Of a stretch of DNA of 64,000 nt, positions 40,430 to 50,110 are shown in pieces. Position numbers and translations under genes: made by a program. Origin of the DNA: an uncultured Verrucomicrobiae bacterium (GTDB taxonomy: Bacteria; Verrucomicrobiota; Verrucomicrobiia; Limisphaerales; Palsa-1400); assembly GCA_963764165.1 (NCBI GenBank), contig CAVXRD010000001.1:1568001-1632000 (forward strand). Reading direction: 5' to 3'. The notes beneath the pieces were generated by a model. The model was not told where the DNA came from. It ran no database searches and saw only the letters and a list, made by a program, of their open reading frames with translations. Positions within the stretch are counted from its first letter, which is position 1, and the number at the start of each line of letters is the position of its first letter.

Positions 40430-42310
40430 TTATGGCATGGTCAGGAATTCGGCGCTCGTCATCAAGGCCCAAAGCAAATCGCGATCCGCTTCCGCCGGGT
40501 GTTTGGCCCGCTCTTTCAGAAATGTTTTCGCGTAACCTGCTTCTTCAGAATCAGGCAGGCGGGCATACGTTGCGAGAAACGCCTCTTGAACGCACGCATT
40601 TGGATCCGCCAGCGCCGCGAGGCGCGACACGGTGTTCGTCGAGCCGGATTTGAGGATTTCAGCGATCAAGGAGGAATTCGCCAGGAATTGCGCCTGCTGA
40701 TAGGAGGCGTTATAATCCTTCGGCAAAACCTCCGGCAGCGCCGTAATCGCGGCGCGCCGCAATGCATCGTCTTCCGGCGTCAAACCAGCCGCAATGCGCC
40801 ACGAACGCGCGAGCTGCTCGGCGGAGAGCGGGCGTTCAATGGCGCCGGCGAATGTTTCCGGCGGCGCGCCCGAGTTGCTCAGGGCGTAGGCGCGGCTGAG
40901 CACCATGCCTTTGACTTCCCTGCGGACATCGTAATTGTGGCTCGCGAAATCCTGGGCCAGCCAATCCAGCAATTCCGGATGGCTTGGCGCGTAGCGGGCG
41001 TTCATTTCATCCGCCGGCTGCACAATGCCGCGCCCGTAAAAAACGGACCACATGCGGTTGACAAAGGCGCGCGCCAGGAGCGGGTTGTTCTGCGTCGCCA
41101 TATCGGCGAACGCGGCTCGCCGGGAAAATTTAGGGACACGGACTTTGGCTTTGGGATCCACATATTTGTCGTCACTATCGTTTTCCTTGGCGTCCGCGGC
41201 GGGGCGATCTTCCTTTACGACGCCTCCGCAAAGGAGAGTGACCACCGCAGGCTGCGATTCCTTCTTCAAGTTTGTAAAATTGACAAAGCCGCCGGTGGCC
41301 GATTCCGACACTGCATTGCCGCCCTCGACGTTCTTGCTGCGATTGTAGGCCGCGACCAGGCCCCAATAGTGAGCCTGCTTGATTTCGCGGGCCAGGGGAT
41401 GATTGTGGCATTGGGCGCAATTAACTTTTGTTCCGTATGCAAGAGGAGCGACCGCTTCCGCGATGGCTTGGTAATCGTCGCGCCGCTCATACAAAAACCA
41501 TGACGAGCCTTCGTCCTCCGGCCTGGCTGGCCGCGCCACCAAAATCGCGTGGACCATTTCGTTCCACGGCCGGTTGGCGCGGAAATTATTTTCCAGAAAA
41601 GACCACCAGCCGTTCTTCTGGCGCTGCCCCTCCGTCTTCTCCCGTTTGGGGCGGCCCATGAGGAAGTAATCCCACAGCTCGCGCATCCGCACGGGATACT
41701 CATCGGAGGCGAGCAGCTTGTCCACCAAGCCGGCGCGCTTCGACGATGCCTGATCGCTGGTGAACGCCTGCAATTCCGCCGGGGTGCAAATGCGCCCGGC
41801 TAGATCAAGATAGACGCGGCGGCACCATGTGCGATCATCCACTTCGGCCGCGGGTTTGACGTTGCGTTCCGCCCAGCCTTCCGAAATCAACGTGTCCACC
41901 GCTTGCGTAATCGAATCAAAGTGACGGGCGGGGCGCGGATGGGCGGAGGCCGCGACCTCTGCCGCGCTCATGGAAGTGATCCACTCACCCACCGCTTTCA
42001 TGTCCGCCTCCGACAACTGCTTCTTGGGCGGCATGTGCGGATCCGCATTGGACGCCAGATTGTTGTAAAGGCGGCTTTCCTGCGGCTTGCCGGGAACGAT
42101 GACCGCGCCATCATCGCCACCCTTGATCACCATTTCGATGTTATCCAGTTCAAGCCCGCTCTTCTGTTGGAGCGGGCCGTGGCACTTCACGCAATTGACA
42201 TCCAGTATCGGCTGGACCTTGCTGGACCAAAGCAGGGACGCCTCCGTCCCGCTGGCGATTCGGGCGGCAATAAGAATCCCGCAAAAGATATGAACTGATT
42301 TGAGGCGCAC
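40430..42310 (-). CDS. planctomycete cytochrome c plus DUF1549/DUF1553 protein
   Basis: CVKCHG, RRVYLDL.GR, CAQCHNHP, VNRMW..F.GRGIV, PSHPELLDWLA.DF. Confidence 0.93.
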   Translation of the reverse strand: MRLKSVHIFCGILIAARIASGTEASLLWSSKVQPILDVNCVKCHGPLQQKSGLELDNIEMVIKGGDDGAVIVPGKPQESRLYNNLASNADPHMPPKKQLSEADMKAVGEWITSMSAAEVAASAHPRPARHFDSITQAVDTLISEGWAERNVKPAAEVDDRTWCRRVYLDLAGRICTPAELQAFTSDQASSKRAGLVDKLLASDEYPVRMRELWDYFLMGRPKREKTEGQRQKNGWWSFLENNFRANRPWNEMVHAILVARPARPEDEGSSWFLYERRDDYQAIAEAVAPLAYGTKVNCAQCHNHPLAREIKQAHYWGLVAAYNRSKNVEGGNAVSESATGGFVNFTNLKKESQPAVVTLLCGGVVKEDRPAADAKENDSDDKYVDPKAKVRVPKFSRRAAFADMATQNNPLLARAFVNRMWSVFYGRGIVQPADEMNARYAPSHPELLDWLAQDFASHNYDVRREVKGMVLSRAYALSNSGAPPETFAGAIERPLSAEQLARSWRIAAGLTPEDDALRRAAITALPEVLPKDYNASYQQAQFLANSSLIAEILKSGSTNTVSRLAALADPNACVQEAFLATYARLPDSEEAGYAKTFLKERAKHPAEADRDLLWALMTSAEFLTMP

Positions 42311-42411
42311 TTTGGCCTGTTAGTTTGCCACCAATAGACGAGTTCGCGCAACAGCCTCTTCAAACAAAAATACTTGATGTGTTGACCGGCGCGTTCAAAT
42401 CGCTGCCAGTG

Positions 42412-42627
42412 ATGGACGCAGGCCCGCAGGTGGCGCGCGGCTGTGTCGAAGACCAGCCGCAGCAACACTCAAACAACCCAAAACGAATCTGGCTGTGGCC
42501 ACCTCCGAAAGACATATCAAAACTTCGAAACTGCAACTGGCGAGCCGTGGAACTCTTTCTAACGCGCCACTTGTTTCGGAGTGGCTGCGGCTGGTCTTCG
42601 ACACAGCCGTGCTCCGCTCAAAGCGAA
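42412..42627. repeat. GGAG-type REP doublet, copy 1
   Basis: Arms 42432-42463 and 42584-42615 (GCGCGGCTGTGTCGAAGACCAGCCGCAGC and its reverse complement). Confidence 0.9.
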
Positions 42628-42883
42628 ATCACACGCCGCACCCGCTTTCAATCACATCACTGAGCAATTGCTCCGGCGGGTCGATTCGGCGAATCGCTTG
42701 CCTGCGGACATATGCGGAAATCGTTTGCCTTGGGGGAAAGCGCGTGGCCATGCCGGGGAAAATTGCGGCCGACGTTTCGGCCCTCACAATCAAGTGGGAT
42801 TCTCGACAGAATATCCTTGTCAAAAAAACGCCGGCAAGCCACGTTCTTGACAGTTTCTCGCAGGGGCGACATTCTCGTCCGCA

Positions 42884-44692
42884 ATGCACAATCGCTTCTT
42901 AGCTCTTTCGGCGATTCTTTTGTCAGGCTGTTATTTCGACACGGCAGGAGCGCAATCTTCGATGGCAGATTCGGAAGCGCACGATGTGTCCGCGGTGGCC
43001 AATGAAGCGAACCTGTGGCGGGCGGAACACCGGATCATCGATTTGCATCAGCACTTGGACTACACGCCAGAGTTGCTGGCGCGGGCCATCCGCGTCATGG
43101 ATGCATCCGGCGTGGGATTGGGAATTGATCTGACACCCGGAACGGTGACTGCCGGGGCAAAAGGCGAGCCTGGCGAATTTGAATCGCACAAAAAGATGGA
43201 GGATTCGCTATTTCCCGGACGCTGGGTGCAATACATGAATCTCGATTACACGCACTGGGATCAGACGGATTTCGCGCAACAGGCGGTCAAGCAAGTCGAG
43301 GAGGGGCATCGCCTTGGCGCTGCGGGCTTCAAAGAGTGGAAACGTCTCGGATTGTATTTGCGCGATGGTTCCGGCGCGCTGATTAAAATCGACGACCCGA
43401 AACTCGATCCGATGTGGGAGCGATTGGGTCAACTGCACATGCCCATCTCCATTCACGTGGCCGATCCAAAGGCGTTCTTCGAGCCGTACACGCCCCAAAA
43501 CGAACGCTGGGAGGAATTGAAGGATCACCACAGTTGGTGGTTTGGCGACACGAACAAGTTCCCCACTTGGAAAGGCCTGCTGGAAGCCATGAGCCGCGTG
43601 ATCGGACGCCATCCAAACACCACTTTTGTGTGCGTGCATTTTGGAAACAACGCCGAGGAATTGGAGTGGGTCGATCAGCAGCTCGCGCTGCATCCCAACA
43701 TGATGGTGGATCTGGCGGCGCGCATTCCCGAAATCGGGCGGCATGACCCGGGGAAGGTCCACGACTTTTTTGTCAAGCATCAGGATCGGATTTTGTTCGC
43801 GACCGATTTTCAATCCCTGGACTGGCGGATGATTCTCGGGTCGAGCGGTCCCGAGCCGCCTCCTTCGGAAGCCGATGCCGAGGTTTTCTTTCGGAAAGAA
43901 TACCGATGGCTGGAAACGTGGGACAAGAACTGGCCGCACATGACGCCAATCCAGGGAAATTGGAGCATCAGTTCCATCGGCCTCTCGGTTCCGGTTCTGC
44001 GCAAAATTTATTTCGACAACGCCCGCCGGCTCTTGGCCAGATCGCTTCCAACGCCCGTCCTGGCTGCCCGCCACACGACGGTGGATTTTGTGCCGGATGG
44101 CGATGTCACGAAAACAATCTGGCAGACCACCAAGCCCGTGCACATCGAAACTCGCAGCGGCGATGGTGCCATTTGCGCCGCTCTTTCCACAACTGTCCGA
44201 TGCCTGTGGTCGTCTAACAATCTTTATCTTGCCTACCGCTGCCCATTCACGAAATTGACGGTTTTCGATCCTCCACAAAAAGAAGGAAAGCGTATCGGAA
44301 AGCCGCATGACGGACTTAGCCTTTGGGATCGCGACGTTGTGGAAGCATTCATCGGGAGCGATTTGAAAAACATCCGGCATTACATGGAATTCGAGGTGGC
44401 GCCCACCAACGAGCGGCTGGATGCAAGCCTTGATTTGCCCAAGAAAGACTTTGCATGGGAGAGTCATTTTCAATCCGCCGTGCGAGTCGATGAGAAAGGA
44501 AGGTTTTGGGACTGCGAGATGCGAATTCCAATGGCGTCGCTGGGGGCGCAGCCGGCCGCCGCAGGCACAAAATGGCGCATCAACCTTTACCGCGGCGACA
44601 CGGCCAGCAAAACGGATTTGTCGTGGAACCCCTGCCTGGTCGAAACGTTTCATGCGCCGGACCGGTTTGGCGTCCTGGAATTCACTGAGTGA
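42884..44692 (+). CDS. amidohydrolase_2 domain fused to a CBM9-like domain
   Basis: IDLHQH, IHVADP, ILFATD, KIYFDNA; C-terminal LWDRDVVE.FI, YMEFEVAP, WRINLYR, FHAPDRFG. Confidence 0.85.
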   Translation: MHNRFLALSAILLSGCYFDTAGAQSSMADSEAHDVSAVANEANLWRAEHRIIDLHQHLDYTPELLARAIRVMDASGVGLGIDLTPGTVTAGAKGEPGEFESHKKMEDSLFPGRWVQYMNLDYTHWDQTDFAQQAVKQVEEGHRLGAAGFKEWKRLGLYLRDGSGALIKIDDPKLDPMWERLGQLHMPISIHVADPKAFFEPYTPQNERWEELKDHHSWWFGDTNKFPTWKGLLEAMSRVIGRHPNTTFVCVHFGNNAEELEWVDQQLALHPNMMVDLAARIPEIGRHDPGKVHDFFVKHQDRILFATDFQSLDWRMILGSSGPEPPPSEADAEVFFRKEYRWLETWDKNWPHMTPIQGNWSISSIGLSVPVLRKIYFDNARRLLARSLPTPVLAARHTTVDFVPDGDVTKTIWQTTKPVHIETRSGDGAICAALSTTVRCLWSSNNLYLAYRCPFTKLTVFDPPQKEGKRIGKPHDGLSLWDRDVVEAFIGSDLKNIRHYMEFEVAPTNERLDASLDLPKKDFAWESHFQSAVRVDEKGRFWDCEMRIPMASLGAQPAAAGTKWRINLYRGDTASKTDLSWNPCLVETFHAPDRFGVLEFTE

Positions 44693-44728
44693 CGAACTTT
44701 GCAGACCGCCTCAAGTTTATATGGAAAA

Positions 44729-44820
44729 TTAAACAGGAGGAAAACCGGGAGAGCAGAGAAAAATGCTCATTTTGCGAACGATTTTTCCATCTCCGTTTCC
44801 TCGGCTTTGCTCCTGTTCAA
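44729..44820. repeat. imperfect ~30-bp inverted repeat
   Basis: TTAAACAGGAGGAAAACCGGGAGAGCAGAG / CTCCGTTTCCTCGGCTTTGCTCCTGTTCAA. Confidence 0.7.
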
Positions 44821-44905
44821 ATTTTCATTCCTGCACCCCAGCGAGGATTCGAAATCAACTTGGTTGACACCCCTGAACGAACCGCCTCATATTGCTTGAA
44901 GACCC

Positions 44906-45808
44906 ATGAGAACATATTCTTTCGCCGAAACCTCCCGCAGGAAGCTATATTCAAAATGCGCTTTCATTCTTGCCTTGGCGTTTGCCTTTTCGATTCACGG
45001 CGAAGAAAAGATCCCGGATGAATGCAAAATCGGAGGCTTTGCCATTGGCTGTATTGTTTACACATTCGACCATGCCAATTTGTTTGACTCGCTGGAGATG
45101 ACGGCCCAGACGGGTTCACGCGTCGTCGAATTGGCAGCCAAACCGAGCCTGAGCAAGGAGGATCCGAAAGTCCCGTTTGACTATCATGCTTCGCCTGAAG
45201 TCATCCAAAAAGTGAAGGCCAAGCTGGCCGAGTGCCATCTCAAGCCCGTCACCTATGCGGTCATCCCATTTCCCGCTGAGGAAAACGATGGACGCCAGTT
45301 GTTTGAATTTGCCAAAACGATGGGTTTGCGCGCCATCGTCACCGAATCGCCCGAACTTATAGACCGCATCGAGAAGCTGGCCAAGGAATTCGACATCATG
45401 GTTGGCTTCCACGATCACCCACGGCACCAGGACGACGCTAGCTACAAGATGTGGGACCCGAACTACGTCCTTTCGCTGGTCAAAGATCGGGATTGGCATC
45501 TCGGCGCCTGCGCCGATACGGGCCATTGGGTTCGCTCCGGCCTCAAGCCCGTCGATTGCTTGCGCATTCTCAAAGGCCGGATTGTTTGCAGCCACCTCAA
45601 GGATTTAAACGCGATGGGACGCGGCGCGCATGATGTTCCTTTTGGCACCGGCGTCTCGGATATTGGCGGAATCCTCGATGAGTTGAAGGCCCAGAATTTT
45701 CAGGGCAGCCTATCCATCGAATACGAATACCACTGGGATACTTCCTTGCCCGAAGTTTCCCAATGCGTGGGCTTTGTCCGCGGATACGGCATGGCAAAAA
45801 ATTGGTGA
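44906..45808 (+). CDS. sugar phosphate isomerase/epimerase (TIM barrel)
   Basis: GACADTGHWVRSG, HLKD, DVPFGTG, SIEYE. Confidence 0.9.
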   Translation: MRTYSFAETSRRKLYSKCAFILALAFAFSIHGEEKIPDECKIGGFAIGCIVYTFDHANLFDSLEMTAQTGSRVVELAAKPSLSKEDPKVPFDYHASPEVIQKVKAKLAECHLKPVTYAVIPFPAEENDGRQLFEFAKTMGLRAIVTESPELIDRIEKLAKEFDIMVGFHDHPRHQDDASYKMWDPNYVLSLVKDRDWHLGACADTGHWVRSGLKPVDCLRILKGRIVCSHLKDLNAMGRGAHDVPFGTGVSDIGGILDELKAQNFQGSLSIEYEYHWDTSLPEVSQCVGFVRGYGMAKNW

Positions 45809-45828
45809 CAGCAAACAAATTCCTTAAA

Positions 45829-47127
45829 ATGCAAAATCGACGTCAATTTATTGCGCAGACAGGAGCGGTCGCCGGCGGACTCAGCCTGGGTCTGTCTCTG
45901 GATGCCAAAGTTCTCGACCAGAGCCCGGGAGCCAATGATCGCATCTCTATCGGACTGATTGGTTGCGGCACGCAAGGCCGCTACAATTTGCGGGAGCTGA
46001 TGAAACTTAAAGGCGTGCGCGCCGCCGCAGTCTGCGACGTCGATGAAACTCACTTGCAAGACGGCGTTCACGACGTTACCGAAGCGGGCCAGCCTGCCCC
46101 AAAGCAATTCAAGGACTTCCGGCGCTTGTTGGAGGACAAGGATATCAACGCAGTCATCATCGGCACGCCGGATCATTGGCACGCGCCCATTTTTATCGCC
46201 GCCTGTCAAGCAGGCAAAGACATCTGGTGCGAAAAACCGATCTCACACAATTTGATGGAGGCCAAAGCCATGCTCAATGCGGCGCGGCGGCACAAGCCCG
46301 TCGTCCAAATCGGCACCTGGCAGCGCAGCATGAAACATTTCCAGGACGCCATCGCCATCGTGCAATCCGGCATGCTGGGAAAAATCAACATCTGCCGCGC
46401 CTGGATGGTTTTGGACCGCGACATTGGCCGGCAGACTGCCCAGACGCCTCCGCCGACTCTCGATTGGAATTTTTGGCTCGGTCCGGCGAAGTCGGTGCCT
46501 TACACGCCCAATCGCTGCCATGAAAACTGGCGCTGGTTCTGGAACACGGGCGGCAGCCTGATGACCGACTGGGGAATCCATATGATTGACATCGTCCTGC
46601 TGGCCAGGCGCCAAAGCGATCCCATTTCGATTTCCAGCCAGGGCGGCATTCTCACTTCCGACGATGACCGGGACACCCCGGACACACTGCAAGCCAGCTA
46701 CCGCTTTCCAAACTGGATCTTGAATTGGGAGCACCGCTTCAACAACCCGCGCGGGATCGACGGCGGAATTTCCCACGGCGCGGAGTTCATCGGCCAGCAT
46801 GGAACTCTTATAGTTGACCGACAGCGCTACCAATTCTTTCCCAATCCCAAGGATGCGCCCGCGCCGCCGGAGTCGAAATGGGAAGACAGCACGCACTGGC
46901 AGAATTTTGTCGATTGCATCCGCACCCGCGCCACGCCGCGCTCGGACATCGAATCGATGGCCAAGACGACGATGGTGTGCCACTTGGGCAACATCGCCCT
47001 GCAAAGCGGGGGCACGGTGCATTGGGACGCCGCGGCGCAAGACGTGTCCCATCCCCGGAGCGTGTCGCACTGCCTGGCCTACCAGCGCGAATACCGCAAG
47101 CCGTGGAAACTCGAGATGCACGGGTGA
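45829..47127 (+). CDS. Gfo/Idh/MocA oxidoreductase with Tat signal
   Basis: RRQFI, IGCGTQG, TPDHWH, CEKP, DWGIHMID. Confidence 0.93.
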   Translation: MQNRRQFIAQTGAVAGGLSLGLSLDAKVLDQSPGANDRISIGLIGCGTQGRYNLRELMKLKGVRAAAVCDVDETHLQDGVHDVTEAGQPAPKQFKDFRRLLEDKDINAVIIGTPDHWHAPIFIAACQAGKDIWCEKPISHNLMEAKAMLNAARRHKPVVQIGTWQRSMKHFQDAIAIVQSGMLGKINICRAWMVLDRDIGRQTAQTPPPTLDWNFWLGPAKSVPYTPNRCHENWRWFWNTGGSLMTDWGIHMIDIVLLARRQSDPISISSQGGILTSDDDRDTPDTLQASYRFPNWILNWEHRFNNPRGIDGGISHGAEFIGQHGTLIVDRQRYQFFPNPKDAPAPPESKWEDSTHWQNFVDCIRTRATPRSDIESMAKTTMVCHLGNIALQSGGTVHWDAAAQDVSHPRSVSHCLAYQREYRKPWKLEMHG

Positions 47128-47143
47128 CAGCAAGGAGCAATTG

Positions 47144-47291
47144 AATCTGGAACGCCCAAACTCAGGAAAAGAGGCGGGTGTGCCAATTTATGCCTCTTGC
47201 TGGCTCAAACGCAAAGAGGAGACAATTAATTGCCGAAGAGCGCACTTACTGGAATGGAATCCTCCGTTCCTGAGTTCGGTCGTTCCAGATT
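47144..47291. repeat. imperfect 31-bp inverted repeat
   Basis: AATCTGGAACGCCCAAACTCAGGAAAAGAGG / CCTCCGTTCCTGAGTTCGGTCGTTCCAGATT. Confidence 0.8.
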
Positions 47292-47298
47292 ATAATAA

Positions 47299-47400
47299 TA
47301 TATAATCTCCAAAAACCCGTTACACCCGTTACACAGTTGATTATCAACTAGATAAACCCCTACATCAGCCGCTACAGGTCCGCTACAAACCCGCTACATT
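47299..47400 (+). repeat. iteron-like CCG(T/C)TACA repeats around an IHF-like site
   Basis: Colinear with 36008-36107; central TATCAACTAGATA. Confidence 0.8.
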
Positions 47401-47594
47401 TCATCGGGCGACAGCCGCAGATGGACATAGATCGACGGAGATTTTCAAAAAAAGATGGTCGGCACCCGGATTTTTCCCGGCATTGCATTTCACCGGTAGG
47501 GCAAACGTATCTAAATGCAAATTAAGCTGCGTCTGCCCCATCGGTTGCGCCTTCTCCGGTTGCCCAGAAATCCGAGCAGGTATATTCTTCCGGC

Positions 47595-47795
47595 ATGAGT
47601 TCCGTGCATGAGATCGAAGCCGCCGTCAGCAAGCTTTCCCGTCAGGAGCTTTTGGCTTTCCGCGACTGGTACTCCGGGTTCGACGCTGCCGCGTGGGACT
47701 AACAGTTTGAGGGGGACGTTGCCGCCGGACATTTGGACGCCCTTGCAGACGAGGCCATCCGTGATTTGCGCGAGGGGCGCTGCCGGGACTTGTGA
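47595..47795 (+). pseudogene. antitoxin-like gene with internal stop
   Basis: MSSVHEIEAAVSKLS..EL..FRDWY..FDAAAWD*QFEGDVAAG.LD.LADEA; TAA at 47700. Confidence 0.75.
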
Positions 47796-48145
47796 AGCAT
47801 CGCGCCGCCCCAGAACCCATCTCATAAATAGGAGCGGGGCGCGCTCGCCAGAAAACGGCCCTCTGGCGTCGTTGCTCCTCAGTCACAGCCCCATGTGGGG
47901 GATGCTCCTTCGTCGCGCCTAGCCAGAGGGCCGTTTTCTGGCGAGCCCCTCGGGTGGCCGATCTTTGGGGCGGCGGCTTCGTTGCTCGTCGGTCGAAGAT
48001 CGCTGCGGATATTCTTCCTCCTCGCGCCTTGCCGCCACCCCAAATCTCTGGCCACGCGCCCCCCACTCCTATTTATGAGATGGGTTCTAAGTTCTGGCAG
48101 TACTACGCGCAACTTCCCGAGGGGATTCAGCGGCCGGCGGATGAT
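47792..48145 (+). pseudogene. ParE/RelE-like toxin 5' remnant interrupted by a MITE
   Basis: GTG start overlapping the antitoxin stop: MKHRAAP | insertion | KFWQYYAQLPEGIQR.AD. Confidence 0.7.
47812..48088. mobile_element. 277-bp MITE with 23-bp perfect TIRs
   Basis: AGAACCCATCTCATAAATAGGAG at both ends, inverted; internal GAAAACGGCCCTCTGGC/GCCAGAGGGCCGTTTTC stem; splits a reading frame. Confidence 0.9.
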
Positions 48146-48318
48146 CGCGCGCTTCGCTTTGGCGCACGCTTCGCTTGCAGGGTTTTGGCGGCGAACTTGC
48201 CTCCTGATTCTGCTTCACAACGGCGAATGTCTTCGCCGATGGCGTGAACGTCATAATTGAATCGTTTCGCGTAATCCGTGCGGCGGCGGTGGATTTCTTG
48301 AACAATTGGATCTTTCAT
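48127..48318 (-). CDS. small PIN-associated hypothetical protein (putative antitoxin)
   Basis: MKDPIVQEIHRRR..YAKRFNYD..AI..D pattern, overlapping the PIN gene end. Confidence 0.65.
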   Translation of the reverse strand: MKDPIVQEIHRRRTDYAKRFNYDVHAIGEDIRRCEAESGGKFAAKTLQAKRAPKRSARSSAGR

Positions 48319-48578
48319 ATCATGTTTCCGATACTCCCATCAATTCCAGCGGAGTGCAAATGACGGGAAGGGCGTAGCCTTCGGCTGCCGCCAGTCGTTC
48401 GATGCCAGGGAATAATCTCGCCGTTGTTGATGTGTGCGCAATTCCAAGTCAGCAGAAAATGAATGCCATGAACGGTGGCGGTGGCGATGTGAAATGCATC
48501 CACAGCAGCCTTAGCCGGAAGCAAATGGGTTGTCAGAATTCGACGGGCAAAGTCATCCACCTGAAGTTTCAATCGCAC
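48315..48578 (-). pseudogene. PIN-domain toxin fragment
   Basis: DAFHIATATVHG..FLLTWNC.HI.N; N-terminus missing and 3' end frameshifted (ICTP.ELMG lies in another frame). Confidence 0.75.
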
Positions 48579-48741
48579 TCATGTCCGCCGTTACGATGGC
48601 CTTCGAGCAAGCTTAAATCAAGCTCGTATGCGCCGCCTCAAAAAACCAGCTACAAGTCCGCCGAGGTTGCGAAAAACAGAAAGTGCAAAAAGTGCGGACC
48701 GACGAGATTGATAATTATTTAACATTCCTACTAATGGTCTA

Positions 48742-48770
48742 TTGACATACTTTAAAAAGCAATTCATACT
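48742..48770 (+). promoter_or_regulatory. sigma70-like promoter of the AbrB-VapC operon
   Basis: TTGACA-17 bp-CATACT, 7 bp before ATG 48778 (possibly leaderless). Confidence 0.6.
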
Positions 48771-48777
48771 TCAGCAA

Positions 48778-49053
48778 ATGAATACGACCAACAAGACCGA
48801 GGCGGTCTGGTTTACAATAAAAGGCCAGGTGGTCATTCCGCTGCGTCTCCGGAAACAGTTCGAGATTGGAGACGGCACAAAAGCTGTGGTCCAGGCGACT
48901 CCCGATGGAATTCTTCTTACTCCTGTGACCGCCGCACTCATAAGGCGCGGCCGGGGCATCCTCAAGCGCAAGCCGGGTGAAAAGCCGCTCACTGAGCAAA
49001 TGGCGGAGCATAAGAAACAGGAACGTGAACTGGAGGAACGTCATGCCGGCTAA
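48778..49053 (+). CDS. AbrB/MazE/SpoVT-family antitoxin
   Basis: T.KGQVVIP..LRKQFEI..G...........GILL.P. Confidence 0.9.
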   Translation: MNTTNKTEAVWFTIKGQVVIPLRLRKQFEIGDGTKAVVQATPDGILLTPVTAALIRRGRGILKRKPGEKPLTEQMAEHKKQERELEERHAG

Positions 49054-49444
49054 AGTGCTCGACAGTTTTGCGCTCATCGCCTATTTCCGCGACGAATCGG
49101 GCGCGGAGGCAATGGAAGAATTGCTTGTGGCGGCGGGGAAAAAGGATAACCCGCTCCAAATGACGGATGTGAATTACGCCGAAGTGAAACACTCCATTTT
49201 GAAAAAGGACGGCGCAAACGCGTGGGCCGAAGCCGAAAAGATTCTACAGAGCCTGCCGATTGAGTTTAACTCCACAGACCGGCTCCTTGCGGACTGCGCC
49301 GCCGATTTCAAGGCTCGCTTCAGAATCAGCCTGGCAGACGCGTTCGCCGCCGCCCTGGCGAAATCGAAAAATGCGGAACTCGTCACCGGCGACCCAGAAT
49401 TCAAAGAACTGGAGAAAGAAATTAAAATTGGATGGCTTGGTTAA
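49043..49444 (+). CDS. vapC: PIN-domain toxin
   Basis: VLDSFALIAYF..E.G, SLADAFAAALA, LVTGDPEF. Confidence 0.92.
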   Translation: MPAKVLDSFALIAYFRDESGAEAMEELLVAAGKKDNPLQMTDVNYAEVKHSILKKDGANAWAEAEKILQSLPIEFNSTDRLLADCAADFKARFRISLADAFAAALAKSKNAELVTGDPEFKELEKEIKIGWLG

Positions 49445-49680
49445 ACCCCAGTTTTATCCTGTAAATCCTGTTCATCCTGTCTAAAGAGCAGCCCTGATTC
49501 TGCGAATGCAGATTTCCGGTCGTTTCGTCAGGTCGTGCTCCCAAATTCGGACGACCCGCCAGCCTTTTTTCCGAAGCGTCTTCAGCAGCGAAGCGTTGCA
49601 AGCTGAGCGACCAGCCGGGAAACAGATAGTTTAGGTTACTCCGCGCGCGAACTTTCGTCTTGGTAAAATCGTCTGACATT

Positions 49681-49980
49681 TTAATCTAAGTTCGGGCCGA
49701 AACAATTGCCGTCTTCGTCGACAATTTTGCCATCCGGATGAACGGTGACCGGCACAACGTATTCCTCAACTTCTATTGCATCCCCATACTCACGCTCGCC
49801 ATCAAGAAATTGCTGAAGCCGGGTGATCTGGTTATCAATGATTTCCTTTTGAGCCTCCAACTCGGTTGCGAAAACGATGTAACCGTCGCCGTCATTCACG
49901 ACGGGCACCGGGCCTTGGCGAAATGTATTGATGTAAATGCAAAACCCGTCCCGCAGGTTTGTCGAGGCTTGTTCGCTCAT
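49681..49980 (-). CDS. hypothetical acidic protein
   Basis: 99-aa ORF with AGGAAG RBS-like sequence; divergent from an HTH gene. Confidence 0.65.
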   Translation of the reverse strand: MSEQASTNLRDGFCIYINTFRQGPVPVVNDGDGYIVFATELEAQKEIIDNQITRLQQFLDGEREYGDAIEVEEYVVPVTVHPDGKIVDEDGNCFGPNLD

Positions 49981-50110
49981 GATTGCTCTTCCTGTTGAAT
50001 CTTCATTGCGCGCCGCAACCTTTTTAACTTGTGGCCTTCAATCTGCAAGAAGTTTGTGTTCTATACTAGAACAACACTTTCGAAGGTGAACCTGGTAGCC
50101 TGGCGGCTTC

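Noticed and set aside
43208..44653. Long antisense ORFs (also 38988-40415, 53715-55331, 40499-41503, 33856-34869)
   Set aside because: They are shadows of well-supported genes on the opposite strand in GC-rich DNA, with no recognisable motifs.
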